Source: Candidatus Obscuribacterales bacterium
GTDB lineage: Bacteria; Cyanobacteriota; Vampirovibrionia; Obscuribacterales; Obscuribacteraceae
Length of the DNA stretch: 64,000 nucleotides
Assembly: GCA_965228855.1 (NCBI GenBank)
Contig: CBDDIJ010000003.1
Coordinates: 2,432,001 to 2,496,000 of the forward strand
Reading direction: 5' to 3'
This document shows positions 10,460-19,608 of this stretch, one piece after another. The number at the start of each line of letters is the position of its first letter. Position 1 is the first letter of the stretch. Made by a program: the position numbers and the translations under genes. A model generated the notes under the pieces. The model made no database searches. It saw nothing but the letters and a program-made list of their open reading frames with translations, and was not told the DNA's origin.

Positions 10460-10940
10460 CAGCGCCGACGCCCGGGAAGAAGAAGAAAAAGAACTAAACT
10501 CAGCACTGGGCAATCAAAGCTCTTCACTGATGAAACAGATGCCCGGGATGAATTCGGCAGACTTTCCTCAGCTCCGAGTAGGAGTCGACATTTGCTCAGT
10601 ACCAAGAATTATTGAGGCACACAAGCGCTTTGGCGACAGATTTCTTCGACGAGTGCTTACCCCTGGTGAGATCGAGTATTGCAAAAGTGCGGAGCGCCAC
10701 ATGTACGTCCGCATCGCCGGACGGTTCGCAGCCAAAGAAGCGGTCGTAAAAGTACTGGGCACAGGCTGGGTCGGCGTGGGCTGGCAGGAAGTCGAGATCA
10801 AGCGTAAGCCTAGCGGAGAGCCCAGACTGACCTTGTATGGTCGCGCCGTCGCTCGCGCGGACATGCTCGCACTCCGACACTTTGAAGTAAGCATGAGTCA
10901 TGAAAAGGAATTTGCGGTGGCGTTCGTGGTGGCATACTGA
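10452..10940 (+). CDS. acpS: Holo-[acyl-carrier-protein] synthase
   Basis: GVDI, AGRFAAKEAVVKVLGTG, SMSHE motifs; start overlaps the folK stop (start uncertain). Confidence 0.92.
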   Translation: MDDSADAREEEEKELNSALGNQSSSLMKQMPGMNSADFPQLRVGVDICSVPRIIEAHKRFGDRFLRRVLTPGEIEYCKSAERHMYVRIAGRFAAKEAVVKVLGTGWVGVGWQEVEIKRKPSGEPRLTLYGRAVARADMLALRHFEVSMSHEKEFAVAFVVAY

Positions 10941-11238
10941 CCGGACAGAACTTCCGTTAACCGGCCAGTCAATTTGTTTCGTTTAAAACTGCACACTGGA
11001 ACCTAACTGTTCGGTTGCGAAAAGTGAACGAATTGGCGCTTGTGCCAGTCGCAAACTTTCAGATGCTCTTCATTCCGAAAAGCACACTGGTACTGAATTT
11101 AGGGAAGCTAGTCTGTTCGACAAACTCGCCCATTTTGGAAAATAGGCGACCGATAGTTGTTTGGGTTTCACGCAAATATCATCTTGATCATCTATCAATG
11201 GGAATAAGAAAAAAAGAAGCCCTCTGAGATCAACCCCG

Positions 11239-11754
11239 ATGGATGACGTAAAAGAAAACGATAAGTCCAATGTGTCGGTCAGCGATGACACGGCTCCCGT
11301 GTTGTCCGTTTCAGAACCAGCACCAAAACCAGAACCAGTGCCTCCTGCGACACCTGCTGCGGCAGCGACACCTGCGTCGCCCGCACCAGCACCGTCCAAA
11401 GACCAGGAGACCGAGCTGATCGTCGTCAACGCGCTGCTCCTGATCGGTTTGGTCGGAGCCATGCTTTACGTCGGGACAGTCGTATTCGCCGCCGACGCGC
11501 TTCTATTCTTCTTAGGCATCTTCGTCTACTTGATTGTCGCTCCGCCTGGCACTTACGTTCAAGGCAAAAGCAAAATGGTCAGCTTCACAAAGGAAGTGGC
11601 CTGTGCATTTGCTCTGACCTTTGTGCTCTTTTTATTGCTGAAACAGTTTATGCCTGCTGACGCGGACCAGGCAAAATGGTTGACGATAGTTCTGGCGACA
11701 CTGGGCGTAAAGCTTGTGTTCTACCCTTACTACAACTTTAAAGCAGACGATTAG
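11239..11754 (+). CDS. Hypothetical membrane protein (Pro/Ala-rich N-terminus, ~4 TM)
   Basis: PAPKPEPVPPATPAAAATPASPAPAP then four hydrophobic segments. Confidence 0.65.
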   Translation: MDDVKENDKSNVSVSDDTAPVLSVSEPAPKPEPVPPATPAAAATPASPAPAPSKDQETELIVVNALLLIGLVGAMLYVGTVVFAADALLFFLGIFVYLIVAPPGTYVQGKSKMVSFTKEVACAFALTFVLFLLLKQFMPADADQAKWLTIVLATLGVKLVFYPYYNFKADD

Positions 11755-11827
11755 CCGTCACAGACTGTCAATGAACGAAACTAGTGCAGAAGCGCGCTGA
11801 GGCTGAACTAAGCGAGCGCACAGCTCA

Positions 11828-12271
11828 CTAGCCGAATGCAGCACCGCCTGCGGTTCCTCCAATCTCACCTTCGTCGATTGGTCGACCGATAGCCATAGCA
11901 ATCATCAGACACTGGTCGACTCGCTCCATGACCTCTTGCGGGAAGGAGCCAATTTTGCTGACCAGAAGCGTTTTTGGAATAGTAGCGATGACGGTGCAGT
12001 CTATAACGCTATCCAATCGCAAGCCGCCTTGTTTGCCTTCCGGGGTATCCATTTTCACTACGACCTGGGTGGGCTCGCGCGCCGCTCTCGTGATATTGCT
12101 AGTCAGCGGAACGAGCAGAACGTCATCTAGACGGGCGTTGTTGTAGTTATTGGAAATAAGCACAGCAGGACGTCGCTTGGTCTGGGTTTGACCATCGTCT
12201 GTGGTGTATGGAAAGGAGACGAGGACAACGTCCCCCTTACGATACGCTGAAGGTTTAGTTGGAGTATTCAA
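11828..12271 (-). CDS. PemK/MazF-family endoribonuclease toxin
   Basis: KGDVVLVSFPYT, KRRPAVLISN, VPLTS, GLRLDSVI motifs. Confidence 0.9.
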   Translation of the reverse strand: MNTPTKPSAYRKGDVVLVSFPYTTDDGQTQTKRRPAVLISNNYNNARLDDVLLVPLTSNITRAAREPTQVVVKMDTPEGKQGGLRLDSVIDCTVIATIPKTLLVSKIGSFPQEVMERVDQCLMIAMAIGRPIDEGEIGGTAGGAAFG

Positions 12272-12435
12272 GAATCGAACACTACTAAGGTTTGGACCTG
12301 AAGCAGAAAACCTGCATGCTTATTGTACCAATGACCGGTCCAACTTTAAATTACCGTAAAAACGCAACCAACTCTAAAAGGGTCCTCTATCGGAACCCTT
12401 TCATAATATTTATTCTGGCCGACTTATTTAACCGT

Positions 12436-12738
12436 CTAGATGTCTGCGTAAGCAGCATCAGTCATCAGATCTTCCTTGATGAAAGAAGAATTTGCCGAGA
12501 AGTTGACCGCAGTGGCGCGATCCAACTCATAGCTCTCCTTGATGTGGTTAAACGCGTCAAAAATGCAATCTCTGAAGGACATTGCATCCTTGGGCTGTTG
12601 GCCTTTGTTTTCGCCGAAGTTCTCAAAAATGGACATTGATAGAAGGGCCTCGTTCAAATGGCGAAAGTACTGATTCACTGGGAAGTATACCAGGCTATCA
12701 AGAGATATTTCCAGCGTTTTTAATGTTGCCGGGAACAT
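12436..12738 (-). CDS. Hypothetical protein (start uncertain)
   Basis: 100-aa ORF co-oriented with its neighbours and filling the gap; no recognisable motif. Confidence 0.4.
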   Translation of the reverse strand: MFPATLKTLEISLDSLVYFPVNQYFRHLNEALLSMSIFENFGENKGQQPKDAMSFRDCIFDAFNHIKESYELDRATAVNFSANSSFIKEDLMTDAAYADI

Positions 12739-12867
12739 TTAATCTTGGAAACCTATCCTTCCAATTCGGATATACCCATTTCCATTCCGTTTATCCCAAA
12801 CCTGGATGAAGTTTTAATCATATTTCCAGGCATTTTAAACCGCAAACGCCTTGCAGCTGTTTTTAGC

Positions 12868-13293
12868 CTAAAACCGGTCCGGAAACTTTGCTTTGAGGAA
12901 GTCGATCGTTTTTTGCGTGCCCCCGCCTGGAACGATGATTTCGTGAATTCCCTTGCCCAGAAGCATCTGACGATCTTCTTCAGGAATCACCCCACCGCCG
13001 AAAACGACGATATCGCCGGCATCCTTCTGTTTCAGAATTTCGACAACCTTAGGCAAAAGCGTCATATGCGCACCAGACAGAATCGAAAGACCGATGGCGT
13101 CGACGTCTTCTTGAATCGCCGTCTCAACGATCTCGTCCGGCGAGCGGTGCAAACCGGTGTACACAATTTCCATACCAGCATCGCGAAGAGCCCTCGCGAT
13201 CACCTTGGCACCACGGTCATGCCCGTCCAAGCCGGGTTTTCCGATTAAAACTCTAAGTTTCCGCTTCGTCATTACTGTCGCCATCCCTGCCAT
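12868..13293 (-). CDS. Stand-alone cobalamin-binding subunit of methylmalonyl-CoA/acyl-CoA mutase
   Basis: GKPGLDGHDRGAKVIARALRDAGMEIVYTG (DxHxxG), SILSGAH, GGGVIP. Confidence 0.93.
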   Translation of the reverse strand: MAGMATVMTKRKLRVLIGKPGLDGHDRGAKVIARALRDAGMEIVYTGLHRSPDEIVETAIQEDVDAIGLSILSGAHMTLLPKVVEILKQKDAGDIVVFGGGVIPEEDRQMLLGKGIHEIIVPGGGTQKTIDFLKAKFPDRF

Positions 13294-13332
13294 ACATCTA
13301 CCTCGGAGCCGAGACATAGAAAGTATAGAACT

Positions 13333-14034
13333 TTAGCTCTGACGATCCTGGATAGTTGGTTTCATCTTTGCGGAAATTATCTCAGCCACTTCATAAAAAG
13401 GCTTAAGGTCGTATTTGTTCAGGAAGTACATGCCTTTCTTGGTTTTGAGAATGGCAAATTTTAAATACTTGGGCTGGTCGAAAGCCACGATTTGATCCCA
13501 GGTCAACTTCACTCGCCAGAGGAGAGCACCGACTTTGAGCGTTTCGTTGTCGGTCTCAATCTTATTCACTTCCAGAAGTACTGGCAGAAACATGAAGATA
13601 TCGATGAAGCCGACCATCCCAAAGAAAAACAATTCGCGGAATGGATCCATGACACGATGCTGAGGAAAACGCTCGATAAAACTCATGACAACGGCGACAT
13701 TCAACAGAATAAGAAAGAATGCCGCCGGATAACGAACAATATGTTTCCACAAGGGGCGCCTGTAAACATGCGGTATGTTGACGTCCACCGGCACGCGCAT
13801 TTCATCTCGCTTGATTCCAAGTATGCTGCCGACCAGCGACTGCGCGGATGCTGAAGAATTCGATGTTCGCGCTGACGGTTTTGCGGAAGAAACCGAAGCA
13901 GCGCTACCGGCTGTTTGAGAGAGAGTCGCCGCGGCATCGTCTGACGTGCCGGATTCTTCCGAAGCCTCCAGGTTCTGCCCGGCTGGAGACTGCGGCGACT
14001 GCGGACGTTTAAACTTTCGTTTGCTTTTGGACAC
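13333..14034 (-). CDS. Hypothetical membrane protein (2 TM, C-terminal PH-like domain possible)
   Basis: Ser/Ala-rich N-terminus, two hydrophobic helices, KLTWDQI motif. Confidence 0.6.
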   Translation of the reverse strand: MSKSKRKFKRPQSPQSPAGQNLEASEESGTSDDAAATLSQTAGSAASVSSAKPSARTSNSSASAQSLVGSILGIKRDEMRVPVDVNIPHVYRRPLWKHIVRYPAAFFLILLNVAVVMSFIERFPQHRVMDPFRELFFFGMVGFIDIFMFLPVLLEVNKIETDNETLKVGALLWRVKLTWDQIVAFDQPKYLKFAILKTKKGMYFLNKYDLKPFYEVAEIISAKMKPTIQDRQS

Positions 14035-14226
14035 TGCGTTTCTCTCACGATTGCCCGATCGATCTGGCTCTAAGCCTTCTTAAGCCTTAAACCTTATATC
14101 CCGCAAACCTAGGCAATTTATGCGTTTTAAGGATAGAAATCAGAAGTCGAAAAAAGGTACAACATCAAGATTATCAGTGATGGAGCTATTTAGATACGCT
14201 CCTCAACTCCCCCTCCGCTAAATTCG

Positions 14227-15876
14227 GTGAACGTAATGTCAAAGAGCAAGCTGGCTGACTATCTTTTCAATCGCATCAAAGCACAAGGTGTTGATTGTAC
14301 TTTCGGAATTCCCGGCGACTTTGTCCTGCCGCTCTATGCCGCGCAAGAGCGCGCTCAAATGAAAACAGTGGTAATGACGCATGAGCCTTCGGTGGGCTTC
14401 GCCGCCGATGCTTACGCCAGGCTTAAGGGCATGGGTGTCGCACTCGTGACGTACGGCGCCGGCGGATTGAATATGGTCAATCCCATCGGTCTCGCCTACG
14501 CAGAAGAGTCACCGGTTCTCGTGATCTCGGGTTCGCCTGAAACCCGCTATAGAAGCCAGAAACCGCATTTGCATCACTGCGTTAAAACTTTCGATACCCA
14601 ATACAACGTGTTCAGAGAAGTCACAGAATCACAAACGCTTCTCAGCAATCCGACCATTGCGCAAGACGAGATCGACCGCGTTATCGATACAACGAAGAAG
14701 TCGTCACGCCCGGGCTACATCGAGATTCCACGCGACATGGTCAATCAGGAAATTCCTGTGAGCGATGAGATGAAGGCGGCGCCGGACGAACACGCTCCTG
14801 CGCTCAACGAAGTTATAAAAGAAGTAATCGAACGTCTCAGATCCGCGAAGAAACCTGTTGTCCTGGCTGGCGTAGAAGTCCGACGTTTCGGACTGAAAGA
14901 CAAAATCATCAGCCTGGTACAAGCGTTAAACTTGCCGGTAGTGACTTCAATCCTGGGCAAGGCCTCGTTTCCCGAGAGCCATCCAAATTTCATCGGCAAT
15001 TATTTTGGTCAATTCGGCAATCCCAAGTTGAAAGAATATGTCGAGGACTCCGACCTGATTCTCTCACTGGGAACGGTTCTCACCGAGATGGAAACAGCTG
15101 GATACACCGCAAAGCTTCCTCTGGAAAACTTGATCCAAGCCACCGCCAGTGAGGTCAACATCGGATACCATACCTATCCCGGAGTTCCCCTCAACGCCTT
15201 TGTCGACGAGCTCATCGAGAAGCTCGGCAGTAAAGTAAACCCGTCGATGCGTTTCACAGTTCCGGATATTGAACCTGAACTTCTGGCGCCACCAAAAGGC
15301 AAACAGCACCTAACCGTTGCTGCAATCATCGAAGATCTCAACGAGATGCTCAATCAGAATTACTCTGTCGTCTCTGACGTCGGCGACTGCTTGTATGCTG
15401 GTTTGAGTTTAAAAACTGACATCTTCATCGCTCCCGGATACTACTCGAGCATGGGCTTCGGAGTTCCAGCCGGCATTGGTGCCCAGGTCGCCGAACCAAA
15501 GAGACGCTCGGTAATTTTGGTTGGCGATGGCGGTTTCCAAATGACAGGAATGGAAATGAGTACCGCAGCCAAGCTTGGTCTCAATCCGATTATCGTTCTC
15601 TTCAACAATGCAAGTTACGCAATGCTCCGATTCATCGATCAGGATCGCAAGTACTATGACCTGCAACGCTGGGACTACGCCGGTTTAGCCAAGGCTGTCG
15701 GTGGCGACGGAGTTCAAGCCACCACGAGAGATGAGTTTAAACGCGCCCTCGCTGACGCGGTCAATTCCGACAAAATGTTCTTGATCGATGCCGTCATCGA
15801 AAAGGACGATATCTCACCGACGCTAAGACGCCTTACCGACCACTTCGGCGCCAAAGTCAAAGCTGCAATCGGCTAG
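14227..15876 (+). CDS. ipdC: ThDP-dependent alpha-keto acid decarboxylase (indolepyruvate/phenylpyruvate decarboxylase family)
   Basis: FGIPGDFVL, HEPSVGFAADAYAR, LHH, and GDGGFQMTG...NN ThDP motif; substrate not provable from sequence. Confidence 0.8.
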   Translation: MNVMSKSKLADYLFNRIKAQGVDCTFGIPGDFVLPLYAAQERAQMKTVVMTHEPSVGFAADAYARLKGMGVALVTYGAGGLNMVNPIGLAYAEESPVLVISGSPETRYRSQKPHLHHCVKTFDTQYNVFREVTESQTLLSNPTIAQDEIDRVIDTTKKSSRPGYIEIPRDMVNQEIPVSDEMKAAPDEHAPALNEVIKEVIERLRSAKKPVVLAGVEVRRFGLKDKIISLVQALNLPVVTSILGKASFPESHPNFIGNYFGQFGNPKLKEYVEDSDLILSLGTVLTEMETAGYTAKLPLENLIQATASEVNIGYHTYPGVPLNAFVDELIEKLGSKVNPSMRFTVPDIEPELLAPPKGKQHLTVAAIIEDLNEMLNQNYSVVSDVGDCLYAGLSLKTDIFIAPGYYSSMGFGVPAGIGAQVAEPKRRSVILVGDGGFQMTGMEMSTAAKLGLNPIIVLFNNASYAMLRFIDQDRKYYDLQRWDYAGLAKAVGGDGVQATTRDEFKRALADAVNSDKMFLIDAVIEKDDISPTLRRLTDHFGAKVKAAIG

Positions 15877-15938
15877 GGGGCTCAGCACCGCCCGATTTCA
15901 GCAGGGCGCTTCGAACATTGGAAAACCGACAGGTTGAA

Positions 15939-15977
15939 AAGGACCGTGCCTGATACAATGGCGCGGTCCTTGTTTTT
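15939..15977 (+). terminator. Terminator-like hairpin after ipdC
   Basis: AAGGACCGTGCC / GGCGCGGTCCTT followed by GTTTTT. Confidence 0.6.
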
Positions 15978-16009
15978 GGACGAAACAGAACGGATCGGAA
16001 GAGCACGAG

Positions 16010-16789
16010 ATGAGAAAAACAATTCAATCACTGCAATTGCCAATTTCATTAGCGATTCTCCTGAGCATTCAGGCAGCAGAACCCGCCTGCGCTAAGGACG
16101 ACGAATTCGAGGCTGATCCGGACGTTGCCTCCTTTCATCGCACACCCAGGGCGCCTGTCAAAGCCGGCAAGGTGAGCGGCGGTTACCACAGAAGCGTTTA
16201 TGCCGGTCCAACCCATAGTCGAAACAAGACGGCTCCGGACACGACTTACAATATAAACACGGTCAATTACGACGACTACCTCAGGAGCATGGGAAAGAAG
16301 CCCACCAATAGCACGCAGGTGTTTAGCGTGCAGTCAAACAGCAATAATCGAAGCGCCGGGACCGGAGGAGCAGGATCTAATCAGTCCGAACAGGAGCGTC
16401 CATTTGTTTTAACAGCCGTCGACAACGAAACGGTTTCCGCTAAAAAAACAAAGAGCTCGATTCTCTCAAAAGTAACAAGGGCGCCACGAGCCGCTCTCGG
16501 TGTAGCAGTCGGCGTTCCCATTAACATCGCCCGCGATACCACTAAGTATACGAAACAGATGCGCACCAGCATGGTCGACGGTATCGGTGTTGACACGGAG
16601 CATCACGACCTGGTCGGGCATATGTTCGCTGCCGGCACCGCGATTCCATTTGGTGTTGGAACCGGTATCGTACACGGTACCATCAAAGGTTTCAGACAGG
16701 GTGTCGGCAAAGATAAGCCGCTCAACGCGGAGACCAGCACTCCAGGCAAACAATCCGCATCGCTGCCGGAACCAGACCGAACCGAATAG
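16010..16789 (+). CDS. Hypothetical secreted protein with C-terminal glycine-rich hydrophobic helices
   Basis: Signal-like N-terminus; ALGVAVGVPI and PFGVGTGIVHG segments. Confidence 0.6.
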   Translation: MRKTIQSLQLPISLAILLSIQAAEPACAKDDEFEADPDVASFHRTPRAPVKAGKVSGGYHRSVYAGPTHSRNKTAPDTTYNINTVNYDDYLRSMGKKPTNSTQVFSVQSNSNNRSAGTGGAGSNQSEQERPFVLTAVDNETVSAKKTKSSILSKVTRAPRAALGVAVGVPINIARDTTKYTKQMRTSMVDGIGVDTEHHDLVGHMFAAGTAIPFGVGTGIVHGTIKGFRQGVGKDKPLNAETSTPGKQSASLPEPDRTE

Positions 16790-16804
16790 CACTCTGAGGT
16801 TCTG

Positions 16805-17965
16805 ATGAGCACAGACTTTGAATTTGCCGTTGTGGGTGGTGGTGGCATGGGTAGTGCCGCTGCATATTATCTTGCAAGAGAGGGCAAATCCGTCCTGGTG
16901 CTGGAACAGTTCGAAATCGGGCACAACCGCGGTGCCTCGCATGGCGAAAATCGCATAATTCGATACTCATATGAATGGACGGATTACGTCAAACTCGCAA
17001 AAGAAACTTTCAAACTCTGGAAAGAAGTCGAAACCGAATTTGGTTCCAAACTTCTAAAGTGCACGGGCGGTTTGGACATTGGCTATCCTGGAAATCGCGA
17101 CTTCGAATTGTGTATAGACTCACTGCGGCAAGAAGGCATCGAGTTCCAACTGATGAACCAGGAGGAGGCCGCCTCTCGCTTTCCTCAGTTCAATTTCGAA
17201 ACGGGTACTCGGGCACTTTTTCAAAAGGACGCCGGTTATCTTGAACCGGATGTCTGCATTCCTGCCTTCATCTCACTCGCTAAAAAATGTGGTGCGATAG
17301 TTCAAGATAACACCACTCTCGATGGCATCGACATTTCAGATGCCCATGTCGAATTGACGAGCAACGGCAAAAGATGGCGCGCAAAAAACCTGATACTTAC
17401 CCCTGGTCCGTGGGCCGCGCCGCTTGTGAAAAAGCTTACGGGCGTTGACGTTCCTATAGCAGTATCGCTCGAACAGTATGCGTTTTTCAAACCGAAACAC
17501 CGCGAATGGTTCGACGAATCCAAATCGCCTGTTTTCATCGTCTATCCAACTCCCGGCGAATTGGACATCCTATACGGCTTTCCCCAATTTAAAGACTTGG
17601 GCGTCAAGGTTGCAGAACACCACGCCGGATCAGCCACGGAAGCGGCGACGAGAAGTTTCGAACCGGATCCGGATAAACTGAAGCGCGCATTTGCCAGAGC
17701 GCAAAAGCTCATCCCCGATCTCACTGAGGATGTCACCAGGGCGGCTACATGCCTCTACTCCAACACGCCTGACAAGCACTTTATAGTCGATAAGTTACCT
17801 GGACACAACAATGTGGTAATCGGCTGCGGTTTTTCGGGTCATGGCTTTAAATTCATTCCGATTATCGGCAATATCCTAAAAGATCTAGCTCTCCACGGAC
17901 ACACAAAACAGCAGATCCGAATGTTTAAGCTCGAACGCTTCGCTGCAACGCACACAAAGCAATAG
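16805..17965 (+). CDS. solA: N-methyltryptophan oxidase / monomeric sarcosine oxidase family flavoprotein
   Basis: VVGGGGMGSAAAY FAD motif, GASHGENRIIR, CLY (covalent FAD Cys), GFSGHGFKF. Confidence 0.85.
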   Translation: MSTDFEFAVVGGGGMGSAAAYYLAREGKSVLVLEQFEIGHNRGASHGENRIIRYSYEWTDYVKLAKETFKLWKEVETEFGSKLLKCTGGLDIGYPGNRDFELCIDSLRQEGIEFQLMNQEEAASRFPQFNFETGTRALFQKDAGYLEPDVCIPAFISLAKKCGAIVQDNTTLDGIDISDAHVELTSNGKRWRAKNLILTPGPWAAPLVKKLTGVDVPIAVSLEQYAFFKPKHREWFDESKSPVFIVYPTPGELDILYGFPQFKDLGVKVAEHHAGSATEAATRSFEPDPDKLKRAFARAQKLIPDLTEDVTRAATCLYSNTPDKHFIVDKLPGHNNVVIGCGFSGHGFKFIPIIGNILKDLALHGHTKQQIRMFKLERFAATHTKQ

Positions 17966-18007
17966 GTAACTGTAAAATAGTTTGATAGTCGCCGATGAGT
18001 CACAAGT

Positions 18008-19255
18008 ATGGCAAACATTCGAGACAGTCAAGGGTTAGGTCCCACAGACACACAGCAGCGACGTGGTCCTGCGGTGTTTATTTCGTTTCAAGATGAAGCC
18101 GAACAGTTTGCCCCGGTCCTATCTCAAATATCTGCTACGGAACCTTCATCAGGGCAACAAATCGAAGGTTACAAGATAATCGACAAAGTCGGCGAAGGTG
18201 CGATGGCAGTTGTTTACCGAGCCATGCAACTGTCTACCAACCGAATAGTCGCAATCAAAACTCTTCGCTACTCGGAAACTGATCTGTCGGAGCGATTCGC
18301 CAGAGAAGTTTCTATCCATAATCAGTTGAAACACAAGAACATTGTGGAAGCAATCGAATGCATTCAGTCCAAAGGTAGAGCTTACTTCGTGATGGAGCTG
18401 CTCAAGGGCGTCAACCTGGAAGATCAGCTCCAGAAGCAGGGGCGCTGCCGCAGCCCGGCTTTGTTCGCTCACATACTGGGACAAATTTGTGACGCCCTGG
18501 AATGCGCCCACAATCTAGGTATCATCCATCGCGACCTGAAGCCGGAAAATATCATTCTGCTCGAAGGCGGGAAAAATGAGATTAAGGTACTCGACTTCGG
18601 CGTGGCAAAAATTCAGGAAGACTTGCAGCGACTCACGAAAACAGGAGTGGTGCTCGGCTCTCCAGCCTACATGAGCCCGGAGCAATGCATGGGACTGAAG
18701 CTCGACCCTCGCTCGGATCTTTATTCACTTGGAGTTGTCGCGTATGAGCTTCTCACTGGAAGTCTTCCATACGAGGCCAGCAATCCTGTCGAGATGATGG
18801 AAATTCACTGCGATCCTGATATAGCACCGAAGCCGCTAACTATGTTCAGACCAGACCTTCCAGCAGTTGAGAAGCTACAGGCGGTCTTCGATCATGTCCT
18901 TCAAACGGAAACAGAAGATCGAACGGCCGACGTTCACGAGTTCAAAAAAGAGCTGCACGATTGGTGGGATGCCGCCTCAAATGGCACTTCCCAGCTACCG
19001 AATCCATTCAAGCCGTCGGAACTCCCTCGAGAGAAAGTCGCTGAGAAAAGCAAAAGTATAGTAAACACAGTCGAAGCAAAAGCGCTTGCCGAACTGACAG
19101 GACGGCGAACCAGCGCAGACGAAATAGTCGAAGCCACGCCAAAGATTCCTCAGAAGATGCAAATGCCTCTCCTGATAGGTATTGTCGTAATTGTTCTGGT
19201 CGCCTTGATCGCGTTTCTCGCGACATTCTTGTTGTCGGCGCTCAACGGTCGATGA
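18008..19255 (+). CDS. Hanks-type Ser/Thr protein kinase with C-terminal TM anchor
   Basis: VGEGAMAVVY, VAIK, HRDLKPEN, DFG, YMSPEQ, SDLYSLG; hydrophobic C-terminus. Confidence 0.93.
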   Translation: MANIRDSQGLGPTDTQQRRGPAVFISFQDEAEQFAPVLSQISATEPSSGQQIEGYKIIDKVGEGAMAVVYRAMQLSTNRIVAIKTLRYSETDLSERFAREVSIHNQLKHKNIVEAIECIQSKGRAYFVMELLKGVNLEDQLQKQGRCRSPALFAHILGQICDALECAHNLGIIHRDLKPENIILLEGGKNEIKVLDFGVAKIQEDLQRLTKTGVVLGSPAYMSPEQCMGLKLDPRSDLYSLGVVAYELLTGSLPYEASNPVEMMEIHCDPDIAPKPLTMFRPDLPAVEKLQAVFDHVLQTETEDRTADVHEFKKELHDWWDAASNGTSQLPNPFKPSELPREKVAEKSKSIVNTVEAKALAELTGRRTSADEIVEATPKIPQKMQMPLLIGIVVIVLVALIAFLATFLLSALNGR

Positions 19256-19361
19256 GAATATTTGTTTACGGTTTCATCAGAACGACTTGCAATTTCGATT
19301 TGTTTTGATACTATTGGCAAATATCGAATTCCATGCGGCAGTGACGCCGCGCAAATGAGAA

Positions 19362-19442
19362 ATGATGACTACAAACACAGCAAACGCGCAAAATTGGTGG
19401 ACCTGGTGCAACCTGGTTGACGAGCCGCGTTGGCGCTGGTGA
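19362..19442 (+). CDS. trpL: trp operon leader peptide MMTTNTANAQNWWTWCNLVDEPRWRW
   Basis: 26-codon ORF not in the ORF track, with five TGG codons, directly upstream of a terminator and trpE. Confidence 0.9.
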   Translation: MMTTNTANAQNWWTWCNLVDEPRWRW

Positions 19443-19467
19443 GGCTTAAGTAGTCCACGAAGCATTT

Positions 19468-19510
19468 AAACCGCAGGCTTGTCGCACATGACGCCTGCGG
19501 TTTTTCTTTC
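19468..19510 (+). terminator. Attenuator terminator of the trp operon
   Basis: AAACCGCAGGC...GCCTGCGGTTT stem (inner GTC/GAC) followed by a T-rich tract, between trpL and trpE. Confidence 0.88.
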
Positions 19511-19608
19511 GAGCATTGTCTGAGTCAGCCGATCAGACTAATTTTACGCGCGCCACCATATGCGCCACCACCGTTTTTCACACCTGTTTTTATCGCCAGG
19601 AATACATC

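Noticed and set aside
10991..11090. Direct repeat GCACACTGG twice in the intergenic region after acpS
   Set aside because: Only two 9-bp copies about 90 nt apart; could be chance
12868..13293. B12-binding ORF as a mutase pseudogene fragment
   Set aside because: Split mutases with a separate small cobalamin-binding subunit are common and the motifs are intact
19516..19608. ORF-track N-terminal extension of trpE from TTG 19516
   Set aside because: No SD and abuts the attenuator; ATG 19609 has a better SD
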